Below, one piece after another: positions 1-8,233 of a stretch of 64,000 nucleotides of DNA; position 1 is the first letter of the stretch, and every line of letters starts with the position of its first letter. The notes below the pieces were generated by a model. That model saw only the letters and a program-made list of their open reading frames with translations, was not told the origin of the DNA and did no database searches. A program made the position numbers and the translations under genes. Location: positions 1,031 to 65,030 of the forward strand of contig CANPZU010000008.1 of assembly GCA_947588825.1 (NCBI GenBank). Direction: 5' to 3'. Source of the stretch: an uncultured Clostridia bacterium (GTDB lineage: Bacteria > Bacillota > Clostridia > Oscillospirales > CAG-272).

Positions 1-422
1 TGTACGTCATTGCGCTCGAGCAGCTCGAGCACAAAGCTGATACATGTGTGGGCGAGCATGAGATTGACATGCTTTTGAAAAGGATACATTATTATGTCAA
101 AAAAATTGTATCTGGTTTTGTCGATGTTTTGCTTGTAATATCCGACCGCTTCCTTGATTCTCTCATAATGAGCGTCGTCCACGGGATATTCGCAAAGCTT
201 TATGCAGGTCATTTCTTCCGCGACATAATACCTGTCCGTATACTCGATTCCAAAGCCCGCCATAAAAGGCTCGTGATAGTTGTACCTTGCATAAGAGTAC
301 ATCTCCTTTGTGGAGGGTTCGAAGGAGATACAGACATGGTTGTATTTGTTGTGCGTCAAAAAACGAATGGTTTTCCCCGTTTTGAACTGTGTTTGCAAAA
401 AGGCTATATATATCTTTTTCAT
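1..422 (-). CDS. hypothetical protein, N-terminal ~140 codons only (gene runs off window start)
   Basis: Minus-strand ATG at 422-420 with GGAG about 9 nt upstream. It reads MKKIYIAFLQTQFKTGKTIRFLTHNKYNHVCISFEP...LAHTCISFVLELLERNDV with no stop down to position 1. The His/Cys context hints at a papain-like (YiiX-type) hydrolase, but that is a guess. Confidence 0.6.
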   Translation of the reverse strand, partial: MKKIYIAFLQTQFKTGKTIRFLTHNKYNHVCISFEPSTKEMYSYARYNYHEPFMAGFGIEYTDRYYVAEEMTCIKLCEYPVDDAHYERIKEAVGYYKQNIDKTRYNFFDIIMYPFQKHVNLMLAHTCISFVLELLERNDV

Positions 423-638
423 GTTCGTTTGCTCCGTAATGAAAAAAAGTATATTTTAAAAGGGCTCACGCAAGAAGAACGACGCGTCTTTACGTCTTTA
501 TACCATGTAAATCATTATATAAAGCTGTCTAAAGGCCGAGGACTGCCTGAGTTTTGTTTTTTATGTACCTGTAAATAATATTTTATCATATCGCACGGAT
601 AATTTCAACACTTAAAAAATATTTTTTGCTGTATTTTA

Positions 639-1535
639 TTACATCGGGAGGGTATTTCCGTTTTTCTTTGCAATAGCGTTTGCAAGTCTTGCAAAGTCGC
701 TCGGCGAGAGTTTTTCGCCCCTTGCCGTTTCGTCAAAACCGCATTCTAAGACGATATTCGCAAGCTCTTTCTTTGAAATTTTTGGAAAGGAGGAGGAAAG
801 AGCGTTGACAAGAGTTTTTCTGCGTTGATTAAACGAAGTCTTGATTACCTCAAAGTAAAGCGCGCGGTTTGCAACGTAAAAGGGAGGAGCTTTATGAATG
901 TTGAATTTAATAACGGAGGAATCGACCTTGGGTATCGGTATAAAATTTCCTGCGCTTACGTTAAACAGCTTTCTCACCATTGCATAATATGATACGGAAG
1001 CGGTGACTGCTCCATAGCTTCGGTCGGCGTTATCGCTGCAAAGCCTGTCTGCCACCTCTTTTTGCACCATGACCGTTATACACGAAATGGGCAGCTCCGC
1101 TTCAAGCAATTTCATTATAACCGGCGTCGTGATGTAATAGGGCAGATTGGCGGCTACCGCGACAGACTTGCAAGCTGCAAAATGCTCGTCAATAAGGCTC
1201 TTGAGATCGAGTTTCATTATATCGCCGTTTATTATCCTTACGTTGTTAAATTCCGCGAGCGTCCGATTTAGCACCGGAATAAGCGTTTTGTCTATTTCCA
1301 CTCCTATAACGGTCTTAGCCTTTTGGCAAAGCTCATATGTAAGCGTGCCTATTCCCGGACCTATCTCAAGTATCCCGCACTCTGTGTCTTGATCTTTTTC
1401 ATCGGGCAGGCATGAAGCTGCGATGCGCTTTACCACCGACTCGTTTATGAGAAAGTTTTGGCCGAATTTTTTTTTAAAAGACGTGTCCTGCTCTTTGAGG
1501 AGCTCTTTTATCGTTTGTATGTCGGTTAATTTCAT
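639..1535 (-). CDS. rsmA: 16S rRNA (adenine1518/1519-N6)-dimethyltransferase RsmA/KsgA
   Basis: Translation has FKKKFGQNFLINESVVKRI and the SAM motif ILEIGPGIGTLT. The track ORF extends to 1697, but the family-typical N-terminus MKLTDIQTIKELL starts at the ATG at 1535. Confidence 0.9.
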   Translation of the reverse strand: MKLTDIQTIKELLKEQDTSFKKKFGQNFLINESVVKRIAASCLPDEKDQDTECGILEIGPGIGTLTYELCQKAKTVIGVEIDKTLIPVLNRTLAEFNNVRIINGDIMKLDLKSLIDEHFAACKSVAVAANLPYYITTPVIMKLLEAELPISCITVMVQKEVADRLCSDNADRSYGAVTASVSYYAMVRKLFNVSAGNFIPIPKVDSSVIKFNIHKAPPFYVANRALYFEVIKTSFNQRRKTLVNALSSSFPKISKKELANIVLECGFDETARGEKLSPSDFARLANAIAKKNGNTLPM

Positions 1536-1655
1536 GCGCACACGGACTCTTTCGTTGTCAATCTGTTTTATATTATTAACGGCGCCCCGCCATGTAACGC
1601 CATATAACATGTTACCACATTGCGACACATTTTTCAATGCAAAATTAAAAAAATA

Positions 1656-1684
1656 TTGACATATGCAAAATCCTGTGCTATAAT
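1656..1684 (+). promoter_or_regulatory. sigma-A type promoter for tRNA-Thr
   Basis: TTGACA (1656-1661), 17-nt spacer ending in TGc, TATAAT (1679-1684). It sits about 90 nt upstream of the tRNA. Confidence 0.7.
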
Positions 1685-1777
1685 GAACGGGCGTCAAGAA
1701 AAAAAGGCGGCGTTTTTTGTCTTAACATTGCCGATTAACATTTTTGCGGCGTCTAAACGCAGCTGAAAGCGGTATGC

Positions 1778-1853
1778 GCTGGAGTGGCACAGCCGGTAGC
1801 GCAGCTGATTCGTAATCAGCAGGTCGTGGGTTCGAATCCCATCTCCAGCTCCA
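1778..1853 (+). tRNA. tRNA-Thr, anticodon CGT
   Basis: 76-nt cloverleaf folded by hand. Acceptor GCTGGAG/CTCCAGC, anticodon stem GCTGA/TCAGC with loop TTCGTAA, T-arm GTGGG-TTCGAAT-CCCAT, encoded CCA end. Confidence 0.9.
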
Positions 1854-1858
1854 AGAAA

Positions 1859-1900
1859 GAAACCTCTTTTGCCTAAAAAGGTAAGAGAGGTTTCTTCATT
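1859..1900 (+). terminator. intrinsic terminator-like hairpin after tRNA-Thr
   Basis: GAAACCTCT (1859-1867) pairs with AGAGGTTTC (1886-1894). Inner pairs extend the stem to about 15 bp. A T-rich tail follows. Confidence 0.6.
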
Positions 1901-1958
1901 AACTTAAAATAACTTAAAATCAACTTAAAATTAACTTAAAATTTACTTAAACTTAAAC
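1899..1958. repeat. 10-11 bp tandem repeat AACTTAAAAT x about 5
   Basis: Reads ...TTAACTTAAAAT AACTTAAAAT CAACTTAAAAT TAACTTAAAAT TTACTTAAA CTTAAAC directly in sequence. Confidence 0.85.
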
Positions 1959-2148
1959 TGAGCAAAACGCCCACTTTTTGGATGAATAGCGCCGTGCTTT
2001 ACGGTTGATTTTACAAGCGAGCAAAATTATAACGAAAATATGTACAAAACAACTATTGAAAAACGAATTGATTTGTGGTAAAATAAACATACATGCCATT
2101 ATGCAGAAAAAGGCAACATAATGAACATAGTTTTGAAAGGATACCGCC

Positions 2149-4209
2149 ATGAAAAAGATAATTATCACCATGATTTTTCTTGCGCTTGCGCTTTTTACGC
2201 TGCTGCTTGTCGGATGCGGCACCGAGGAAAAGGACAAGGTGAGTCAAACTACGACGACCGACTTTGACCGATCGCACGAGAAACCGAACACGACCATACC
2301 CGATCTTGAATTCCAAGAGGATCTTGAGACCACGGAAGAGAAAATCCCCGGAAAAGAATCGCAGACCGTGGTCGAGCCCGGTTACTCGGCGACGACGACT
2401 GAAGAGGGCTGGAGCGTTAACACGGGCATCGATTACAGTGTGTACAACTTCACGGGCAGCGGTGTGGCGCTTGCCGAGGATATTGAAGAAAAGTATAAGG
2501 GTCTGACCGTCAACTACTACATATACGGTAAGGATGAAAACGGCGAGCCGACGCGCACCAAAAAGACCGCGACTCAGATACAGAAGATGAGCAATATCCT
2601 TGCTTTTTACAGCGAGGACAAAGAAAAAAGAGCGATCAACATATACATCCAGGAATTAAATCTGCGAATCGTTCCCGAGTATACGTCGATTGAAGGCAAG
2701 TCGGGGTATTTCATGACCGTGTCCTTCAACACGAACATCGCTTCAACGTTTAAAGCCAACATATCGGCGGTTAACGGAGCCGTGACCGGTGATGTCGAGC
2801 ACGCGGGGATAGTGTCTTCGGGCAAGGACGGTACGTTTGTAGGCACTATCAAGCTGACGATTCCCTTTGTTCCCGAAGGCGACTATTATGTTAACATATG
2901 CTCCGACGGTGGAGAGTTTTTAAAGTCAATACCGATCAAGATAAGTGCGGGCGAGTTTAACGACCGCAAATATCACCTGCTTTACACGGGTGACTGGGAC
3001 CTTATAACCGACCCGGCGTATCAGGCAAACCTCACCGATCTCTTTTATAACACCTATTCAAGGCTTTATGCAAGATGGGGCAACGGTTCCGAGCCCACGA
3101 CGATAACCTTCACGGCCGATCCCGCTTATGACGGCGTGGCATATGCTATGGGCACTCAGGTGGTCGTCTCGGTAGATTACGCCAACGCAAACCCCAATGA
3201 TCTCGGCTTCTTCTCGCATGAGATAACTCACTCTGTGCAGCAGTACAACGGATTTTCAAGCACATGGTGGGTTGAAAACATGGCAAACTACGGCGGATTC
3301 AGATATTTCCACTGGTCAAACAAAAAGTATGTGCAGGTATATAAGGCGAGCGATACGTCTCTTCAGGACTGGGGCTATGAGCCTTACGGAAACAACAAGT
3401 GGTTCTTTGCATATATGGACGCTAAGTATCCCACAACAATGAACGAGGACGGCACATACAATTACGGACTTATCGATACGCTCAATCGCAAAATAAAGAG
3501 CGGTGCGATAAAGAGCGACGCTCTCACCGATGCCGGTTTTAACGGCGTGTTCAAGGATATCACCGGCTTTGAAACATACGAGGAGCTGCGTCTGCATTAT
3601 GTGGATGAACTGAAATCGGGCACATGGGCGTTTGTAGGATTCGGAGAGTATATTGACAATTATCTCACCGAAGGACTTGACGACGTACCCGATCCCGATT
3701 ATCCCATGATAGTTGAGCCCTCGCACGGCGATCATACCGCCAAAGCGCTTGACTCGGTTGTAAAAACCGGCGATAACCTGTGCACAAGCGCAACCATATA
3801 CGACTCTGCGGGACAGGTGAACTCCGCTGAAAGCGCCGACAAGCTTATTGACGGCAACGCTTCGACAAAGTGGTGCTGCAGCGGCGCGTCAAACGCGGCT
3901 TACTGCCTTGACGGCACGCAGTTTTGGACTATAATCGACCTTGGCGCCGAAAAGACCTTCAATACGTATACGCTTTTCAACACAAGGACGAAGGAGAACT
4001 TCGGCAACATGTCCGAGTGGGAGATACTCATTTCAAACGACGCCGAAAACTGGACGTCCGTCGATTATCAAAAGAGAACTCCCGCAAACGAGGTTTCCTA
4101 CAATATAGGCGAGCAGAGCGCGAGATATATTCTCATAAGAGTTTATAACGGCGACGGAAGCTACGGTACTATAAGACTGTATGAGTTCCAGCTTTATGAT
4201 GTAGATTAA
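2149..4209 (+). CDS. secreted lipoprotein: BSP-like (HExxH) metallopeptidase domain plus C-terminal F5/8 type C (discoidin/CBM32-like) domain
   Basis: Lipobox signal MKKIIITMIFLALALFTLLLVGC. Has FFSHEITHSVQQ (HExxH). C-terminus LIDGNASTKWC...WTIIDLG...IRLYEFQLY is typical of discoidin domains. RBS AAAGGA. Confidence 0.75.
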   Translation: MKKIIITMIFLALALFTLLLVGCGTEEKDKVSQTTTTDFDRSHEKPNTTIPDLEFQEDLETTEEKIPGKESQTVVEPGYSATTTEEGWSVNTGIDYSVYNFTGSGVALAEDIEEKYKGLTVNYYIYGKDENGEPTRTKKTATQIQKMSNILAFYSEDKEKRAINIYIQELNLRIVPEYTSIEGKSGYFMTVSFNTNIASTFKANISAVNGAVTGDVEHAGIVSSGKDGTFVGTIKLTIPFVPEGDYYVNICSDGGEFLKSIPIKISAGEFNDRKYHLLYTGDWDLITDPAYQANLTDLFYNTYSRLYARWGNGSEPTTITFTADPAYDGVAYAMGTQVVVSVDYANANPNDLGFFSHEITHSVQQYNGFSSTWWVENMANYGGFRYFHWSNKKYVQVYKASDTSLQDWGYEPYGNNKWFFAYMDAKYPTTMNEDGTYNYGLIDTLNRKIKSGAIKSDALTDAGFNGVFKDITGFETYEELRLHYVDELKSGTWAFVGFGEYIDNYLTEGLDDVPDPDYPMIVEPSHGDHTAKALDSVVKTGDNLCTSATIYDSAGQVNSAESADKLIDGNASTKWCCSGASNAAYCLDGTQFWTIIDLGAEKTFNTYTLFNTRTKENFGNMSEWEILISNDAENWTSVDYQKRTPANEVSYNIGEQSARYILIRVYNGDGSYGTIRLYEFQLYDVD

Positions 4210-4222
4210 TCGGCATTTTAGA

Positions 4223-4260
4223 AAGGGCTGCAGCAAAACGCAAAATGCTGCAGCCCTTTT
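4223..4260 (+). terminator. intrinsic terminator
   Basis: AAGGGCTGCAGC / GCTGCAGCCCTT 12-bp stem followed by TTTT. Confidence 0.8.
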
Positions 4261-4502
4261 GCCTGACAAAAAAGGGGCTGTAAAAAAAACAGCCGAAAAA
4301 AACGACTGCAAGGCATCCATCGGGGCATGATAAGCCCCGACTTTTTTGGTTGTTTATGTTTTTTGATAAAATTCCCATAAAATAAAGATTAAAAATCCCG
4401 CGTATGCTGCCGAAAATTATGTAAAATGCTTCTATACCGTAATTAAATACAAAAAACAGCCCTAAAAAATCAAAAAATATATCAAATTATGTTTGTTTAT
4501 GC

Positions 4503-4531
4503 TTGACAAGCGCACATAGGTGTGTTAAAAT
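4503..4531 (+). promoter_or_regulatory. sigma-A type promoter (extended -10)
   Basis: TTGACA (4503-4508), 17-nt spacer ending in TGt, TAAAAT (4526-4531). It lies 30 nt upstream of the 4562 start. Confidence 0.7.
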
Positions 4532-4561
4532 CAAATTATATCGAGTTTAAGGGGACGGAAC

Positions 4562-6037
4562 ATGAAGGGCGGAAAATTTACGGTTTTACTGATTGCGTCG
4601 CTTGTTATGCTTCTTGCGGCGGCGTTTCCGGTAAGCGCGGCCGAGAGCGCCGAGTTTACCGTTGAGACAAATACGACGGCAGTTCGCGGCGGCGAGTTTT
4701 CCATTGACATTTCTGCCGGCAGAAATCCCGGTTTTGCCGAGCTTCAGCTTGATCTTACATATAATCAGAAATATCTTACCCTTGTCGGAGTCGAGGCTTC
4801 GTCAAGACTTGAAGGCGTCGGCGCCAAGGTCACCTTTCCAAGCAGCGTCTCCAAATACCCTTACACAATTAAAGTTAAGAGCGACGAGAATATAACGGGG
4901 AACTACGTTTTGTTTACCGCCACTTTTAAGCTCAGTTCGTCCGCCACCCTTGGAAATTACGACGTTTCGGTAAACTGTTCAAAGGGGCATATGAAGGATA
5001 AAAACGGAAACACCATAAACGTTTCGGCAAAATCGGGCGGCGTTTCCATTGAATGCGAGCACAAGTTCGACCACAAGATAGGCGAGGTCGAGCCCACCTG
5101 TGAAAACAGGGGCGAGACGATCTATAAATGCACCGAATGTCAGGCGGTCATGACGGTTTACACCGAAGCGCTCGGTCACAGTTGGAAAAAGGTCTCGCAA
5201 AAATCGCCCACCTGCACAGAGGCGGGAAAGATAGTCACAAGATGTACCAAGTGCTCAAAGGAGGAGACCATAACCGACGGCGATCCTCTCGGACATGATT
5301 ATGACAGCGGAACGGTGGTGCCTTCCACCTGCTCGAAGGAGGGCTACACTCTTCACAAATGCAAAAGATGCAAGGAAGAGTATCGCGACAATTACACGGA
5401 ACTTTCGGATCATACATATAAAGAGAGCATAGTGGAAGAACCCACCTGCTTCAGAGAAGGCTACAAGCGCCTAACCTGCACGGAATGCGGCGATACGCAT
5501 ACCGAAAAAATGGCCAAGGTCGATCATCGCTACAGCCCGACCGTTTCAAAAGAAGCCACTCATAACGAACGCGGCTGGACCGCATACGAGTGCGATTTTT
5601 GCGGTGAGACAAAAAAGGATGACTATACCGACATTATTCCGTATGACCTTGAATATGTGATAGTAACGGAGCCCACCTGCACGACCGACGGACTCGGGCG
5701 CTGGGTATGCCGAGACGGATGCGGATATTCAAACGACCAAATAATCAAAGCGACCGATCATTCATACTCGGAATGGCACACCGAGGTAAACCCCACGTTT
5801 GACAAAAGCGGCCTTAGGGTACATGTTTGCAAGTTGTGCGGACATGAAGAGAGCGAGGAGATCGCGCCGCTCGGAAATCAGGGAACCGTAAACTCCGGTG
5901 TGCTTACCCCCTCTCAAAAGGTTTCGGCGATACTTATTGCCACGATTGTCGCAATTACCGTCGTGCTTGTGCTTGTGATATTCATGCACGGCATAAGAGG
6001 TCCCGGCAAAAGGCGTCGAGCGACCGGCCGACGGTAA
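4562..6037 (+). CDS. cell-surface protein: signal peptide, cohesin-like N-terminal domain, about 7 Cys/His-rich repeats, C-terminal TM anchor
   Basis: Signal peptide ends in VSAAES. FTVETNTTAVRGGEFSIDISAGRNPGFAELQLDLTYNQKYLTLVGVEAS resembles type I cohesin. Repeated H-x(6-9)-EPTC-x3-G-x(5-6)-C-x2-C units follow. Tail is a hydrophobic ILIATIVAITVVLVLVIF segment plus basic residues. Confidence 0.65.
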   Translation: MKGGKFTVLLIASLVMLLAAAFPVSAAESAEFTVETNTTAVRGGEFSIDISAGRNPGFAELQLDLTYNQKYLTLVGVEASSRLEGVGAKVTFPSSVSKYPYTIKVKSDENITGNYVLFTATFKLSSSATLGNYDVSVNCSKGHMKDKNGNTINVSAKSGGVSIECEHKFDHKIGEVEPTCENRGETIYKCTECQAVMTVYTEALGHSWKKVSQKSPTCTEAGKIVTRCTKCSKEETITDGDPLGHDYDSGTVVPSTCSKEGYTLHKCKRCKEEYRDNYTELSDHTYKESIVEEPTCFREGYKRLTCTECGDTHTEKMAKVDHRYSPTVSKEATHNERGWTAYECDFCGETKKDDYTDIIPYDLEYVIVTEPTCTTDGLGRWVCRDGCGYSNDQIIKATDHSYSEWHTEVNPTFDKSGLRVHVCKLCGHEESEEIAPLGNQGTVNSGVLTPSQKVSAILIATIVAITVVLVLVIFMHGIRGPGKRRRATGRR

Positions 6038-6085
6038 ATTGATTGTACCAAAACAAAATATATTATAAATAAAATAAAGCGCTTT

Positions 6086-6129
6086 CAAGCCGACGCGAAT
6101 TGCCGTTGCGTCGGCTTGGAAGTTTTTTT
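6086..6129 (+). terminator. intrinsic terminator
   Basis: Perfect 11-bp stem CAAGCCGACGC / GCGTCGGCTTG followed by GAAGTTTTTTT. Confidence 0.85.
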
Positions 6130-6371
6130 AATTGTCACGCTGTAAAATATGCGCCGTTTTTATGGAATAAATTCCGTCGCTTAAAAAAATATTGAATAAA
6201 AAGCCTTGTGTTACAAAAACTATAATCGAAAAACAGATTAGTATAACGGGCATTTTATGCTTTTGAAGTTAGTTTGAAGCAAATTTTAATTTTTGAGTAT
6301 AAAACACAAAAGCAGTCTTGTATATGCCCATAAAGAGAAAGGAAGCCTGAATCAAGGCATGGTAAATATAT

Positions 6372-6911
6372 ATGAAAGCTACCGGAATAGTCCGTAGAAT
6401 AGATGATCTCGGAAGAGTCGTGATACCCAAGGAAATACGCAGAACACTAAGAATAAAGGAAGGAGATCCTCTTGAAATTTTTACAGACAGAGAGGGAGAG
6501 GTGATATTTAAAAAGTACTCGCCGATAGGGGAGATGAATACCTTTGCGGCGCAGTACGCGGAGACGCTGTGGAAGACCTGTGAGCTTCCCGTCGTCATAT
6601 GCGATAGGGACAGCGTTATTGCCTGCTCGGGCCTCTCAAAGAGGGATTTTCTCGATAAACGCGTGTCGCCCGAGGCTGAAAGCTTGATAGAGGCACGTAC
6701 CCTTTACGCGCACAGAGCGGGAGAGGAATATTATTCGATGGTGGACGGCGTGAACGAATGGCAGATATCCTGTCTCATGCCGATAATCACGGAAGGTGAT
6801 ATAACGGGATGCGTCGTGTCTCTTGCGGACAGCGAGCGCTCGGCAAGCGAACTTGAAATAAAGCTCGTTCAAACGGCCGCCACCTTTCTTTCAAAGCAGC
6901 TTGAATCCTGA
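6372..6911 (+). CDS. spoVT: stage V sporulation protein T (AbrB-type N-terminal domain plus GAF-like C-terminal domain)
   Basis: N-terminus MKATGIVRRIDDLGRVVIPKEIRRTLRIKEGDPLEIF is essentially the Bacillus SpoVT N-terminus as I recall it. The 179-aa length matches SpoVT rather than AbrB. Confidence 0.9.
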   Translation: MKATGIVRRIDDLGRVVIPKEIRRTLRIKEGDPLEIFTDREGEVIFKKYSPIGEMNTFAAQYAETLWKTCELPVVICDRDSVIACSGLSKRDFLDKRVSPEAESLIEARTLYAHRAGEEYYSMVDGVNEWQISCLMPIITEGDITGCVVSLADSERSASELEIKLVQTAATFLSKQLES

Positions 6912-6940
6912 AGGAAAAACAAAAATATCAGTAAATAACA

Positions 6941-6976
6941 AAGGACGGGAAGTCGTTTTTAAGGCAACCCGTCCTT
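6941..6976. terminator. hairpin between convergent genes (bidirectional terminator candidate)
   Basis: AAGGACGGG / CCCGTCCTT stem with a T-rich tail on the plus strand. Confidence 0.65.
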
Positions 6977-7016
6977 GAGTTTATTTTATTGAAAGTATTA
7001 AAGTCAAAACGTCTCT

Positions 7017-7907
7017 TTAATTTTTCTTCTTTTTATTTTTATTTCGCACAATGATAAGGATAATGATTATGACTGTCACGGGTATTCCCCATATAAGGAT
7101 ATAAGGGATGTTGACAATCGCGAAAACGAAAATGGTACGGAAAAAGATTCCCACATTGTCAAGGCTCTTTGAAAATCCGTCCGATATTTGCTCACTCAGC
7201 TTCTTTTCGGTTTTCTCGGTGTACGCCTCCACCTCGCTGATGTTAAGTGTGACGGTGCTGTAGGAAACAAGGCTTTGGTATTCTCTGAGTCTTGCCTCAT
7301 ATGCTTCGATATCGGATATCACAGAAGAAAGCTCCTTTTGCACATATGCTATTTCTTCGACGGTCGTCGCCTTTTCATACAAGGCTTCAAGGGCCTGTCT
7401 TTGCGACCGCAGAGAGCTAAGACGGCTTTCGGCGTCAACATATGAGAGGGTGATGTCCTTTGAGTTTTCCTCGCTTGATACTATATTGCTGTCTTCTGAG
7501 GGAAATCCGTTTATGAACTCGTCGGTTTTGTCAAACGGTATGCGCGCCACTATCATGGCGCTGCGGTTGTTGTCGACATAGATGTTCACACCGTCGGTAC
7601 GCGAGCTTTCAACATAACCGCCGCACCGGGAAATTGCATTGTTTACATACGAAATAAAGCTGTCAAAGCTTTTTGTTTGCACCTCAAGATTGATTGTCCG
7701 TATCAGCTTTCTGTCGCTTGATATCGAGGTGGCGTCAGGGTCAAGCTCGCCGCCGCTCATTCCTTTATCCGCATTTTCCTCGGGTGTCTCGACATCGTAA
7801 CTTGAGTTTAAAGAAGATTTATCGGACGCGCCGCATGACACAAGCATGATTACGCAAAGCGCAAGAAGTATCAAACTTATTATTAAATTCTTTTTAGACT
7901 TTTTCAT
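7017..7907 (-). CDS. DUF4349-like lipoprotein (coiled-coil middle, C-terminal TM helices)
   Basis: MKKSKKNLIISLILLALCVIMLVSCG lipobox at the internal ATG at 7907, with AAAGGA upstream. An alternative start MNGV lies at 7919. Pattern RTINLEVQT...GGYVESS plus a coiled coil and two C-terminal TM helices. The family name is from memory. Confidence 0.6.
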   Translation of the reverse strand: MKKSKKNLIISLILLALCVIMLVSCGASDKSSLNSSYDVETPEENADKGMSGGELDPDATSISSDRKLIRTINLEVQTKSFDSFISYVNNAISRCGGYVESSRTDGVNIYVDNNRSAMIVARIPFDKTDEFINGFPSEDSNIVSSEENSKDITLSYVDAESRLSSLRSQRQALEALYEKATTVEEIAYVQKELSSVISDIEAYEARLREYQSLVSYSTVTLNISEVEAYTEKTEKKLSEQISDGFSKSLDNVGIFFRTIFVFAIVNIPYILIWGIPVTVIIIILIIVRNKNKKKKN

Positions 7908-8138
7908 AACGCCGTTCATCCTTTCTGTACTGATTTGAATGCAACATATATGATTTGCACCTTTGTCCTTTAATACGAAAGTTTTTCGAATATCTTTCCT
8001 TTTAACATGAAAAAACCATTCTGTCAACTGTTACAAAAAACGCAGAAGATTTTTGTGGATTTTGACGAATTTATTATTATTTAATAAGGTAAATATGTAA
8101 AATGAATATAAAATCCGTGAAATAAATTGGCAAAAGCA

Positions 8139-8167
8139 TTGAAAAGATTTGCATTACGTGATATAAT
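8139..8167 (+). promoter_or_regulatory. sigma-A type promoter upstream of glgB
   Basis: TTGAAA (8139-8144), 17-nt spacer ending in TGa, TATAAT (8162-8167). Confidence 0.65.
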
Positions 8168-8233
8168 AAAAATAAAAAAGCTTTTGTGCGGCTTCTGTTG
8201 CGCAAAAGCGGGAAAATGAGGTCCAAAGGCAGT

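Noticed and set aside
48-578. 176-aa plus-strand ORF at the window start
   Set aside because: The opposite strand over 1-422 has a start with a GGAG RBS and a far more protein-like translation. The plus-strand ORF has no RBS and an odd composition.
639-1697. N-terminal extensions of track ORFs (rsmA, DUF4349-like, glgB, glgA, glgP, GH13, MBL lipoprotein, HTH, mod, rplK, PucR, zinc-ribbon proteins, parA)
   Set aside because: In each case an internal start has a proper SD at 5-11 nt and restores the family-typical N-terminus or signal peptide. The upstream extensions overlap promoters or terminators.
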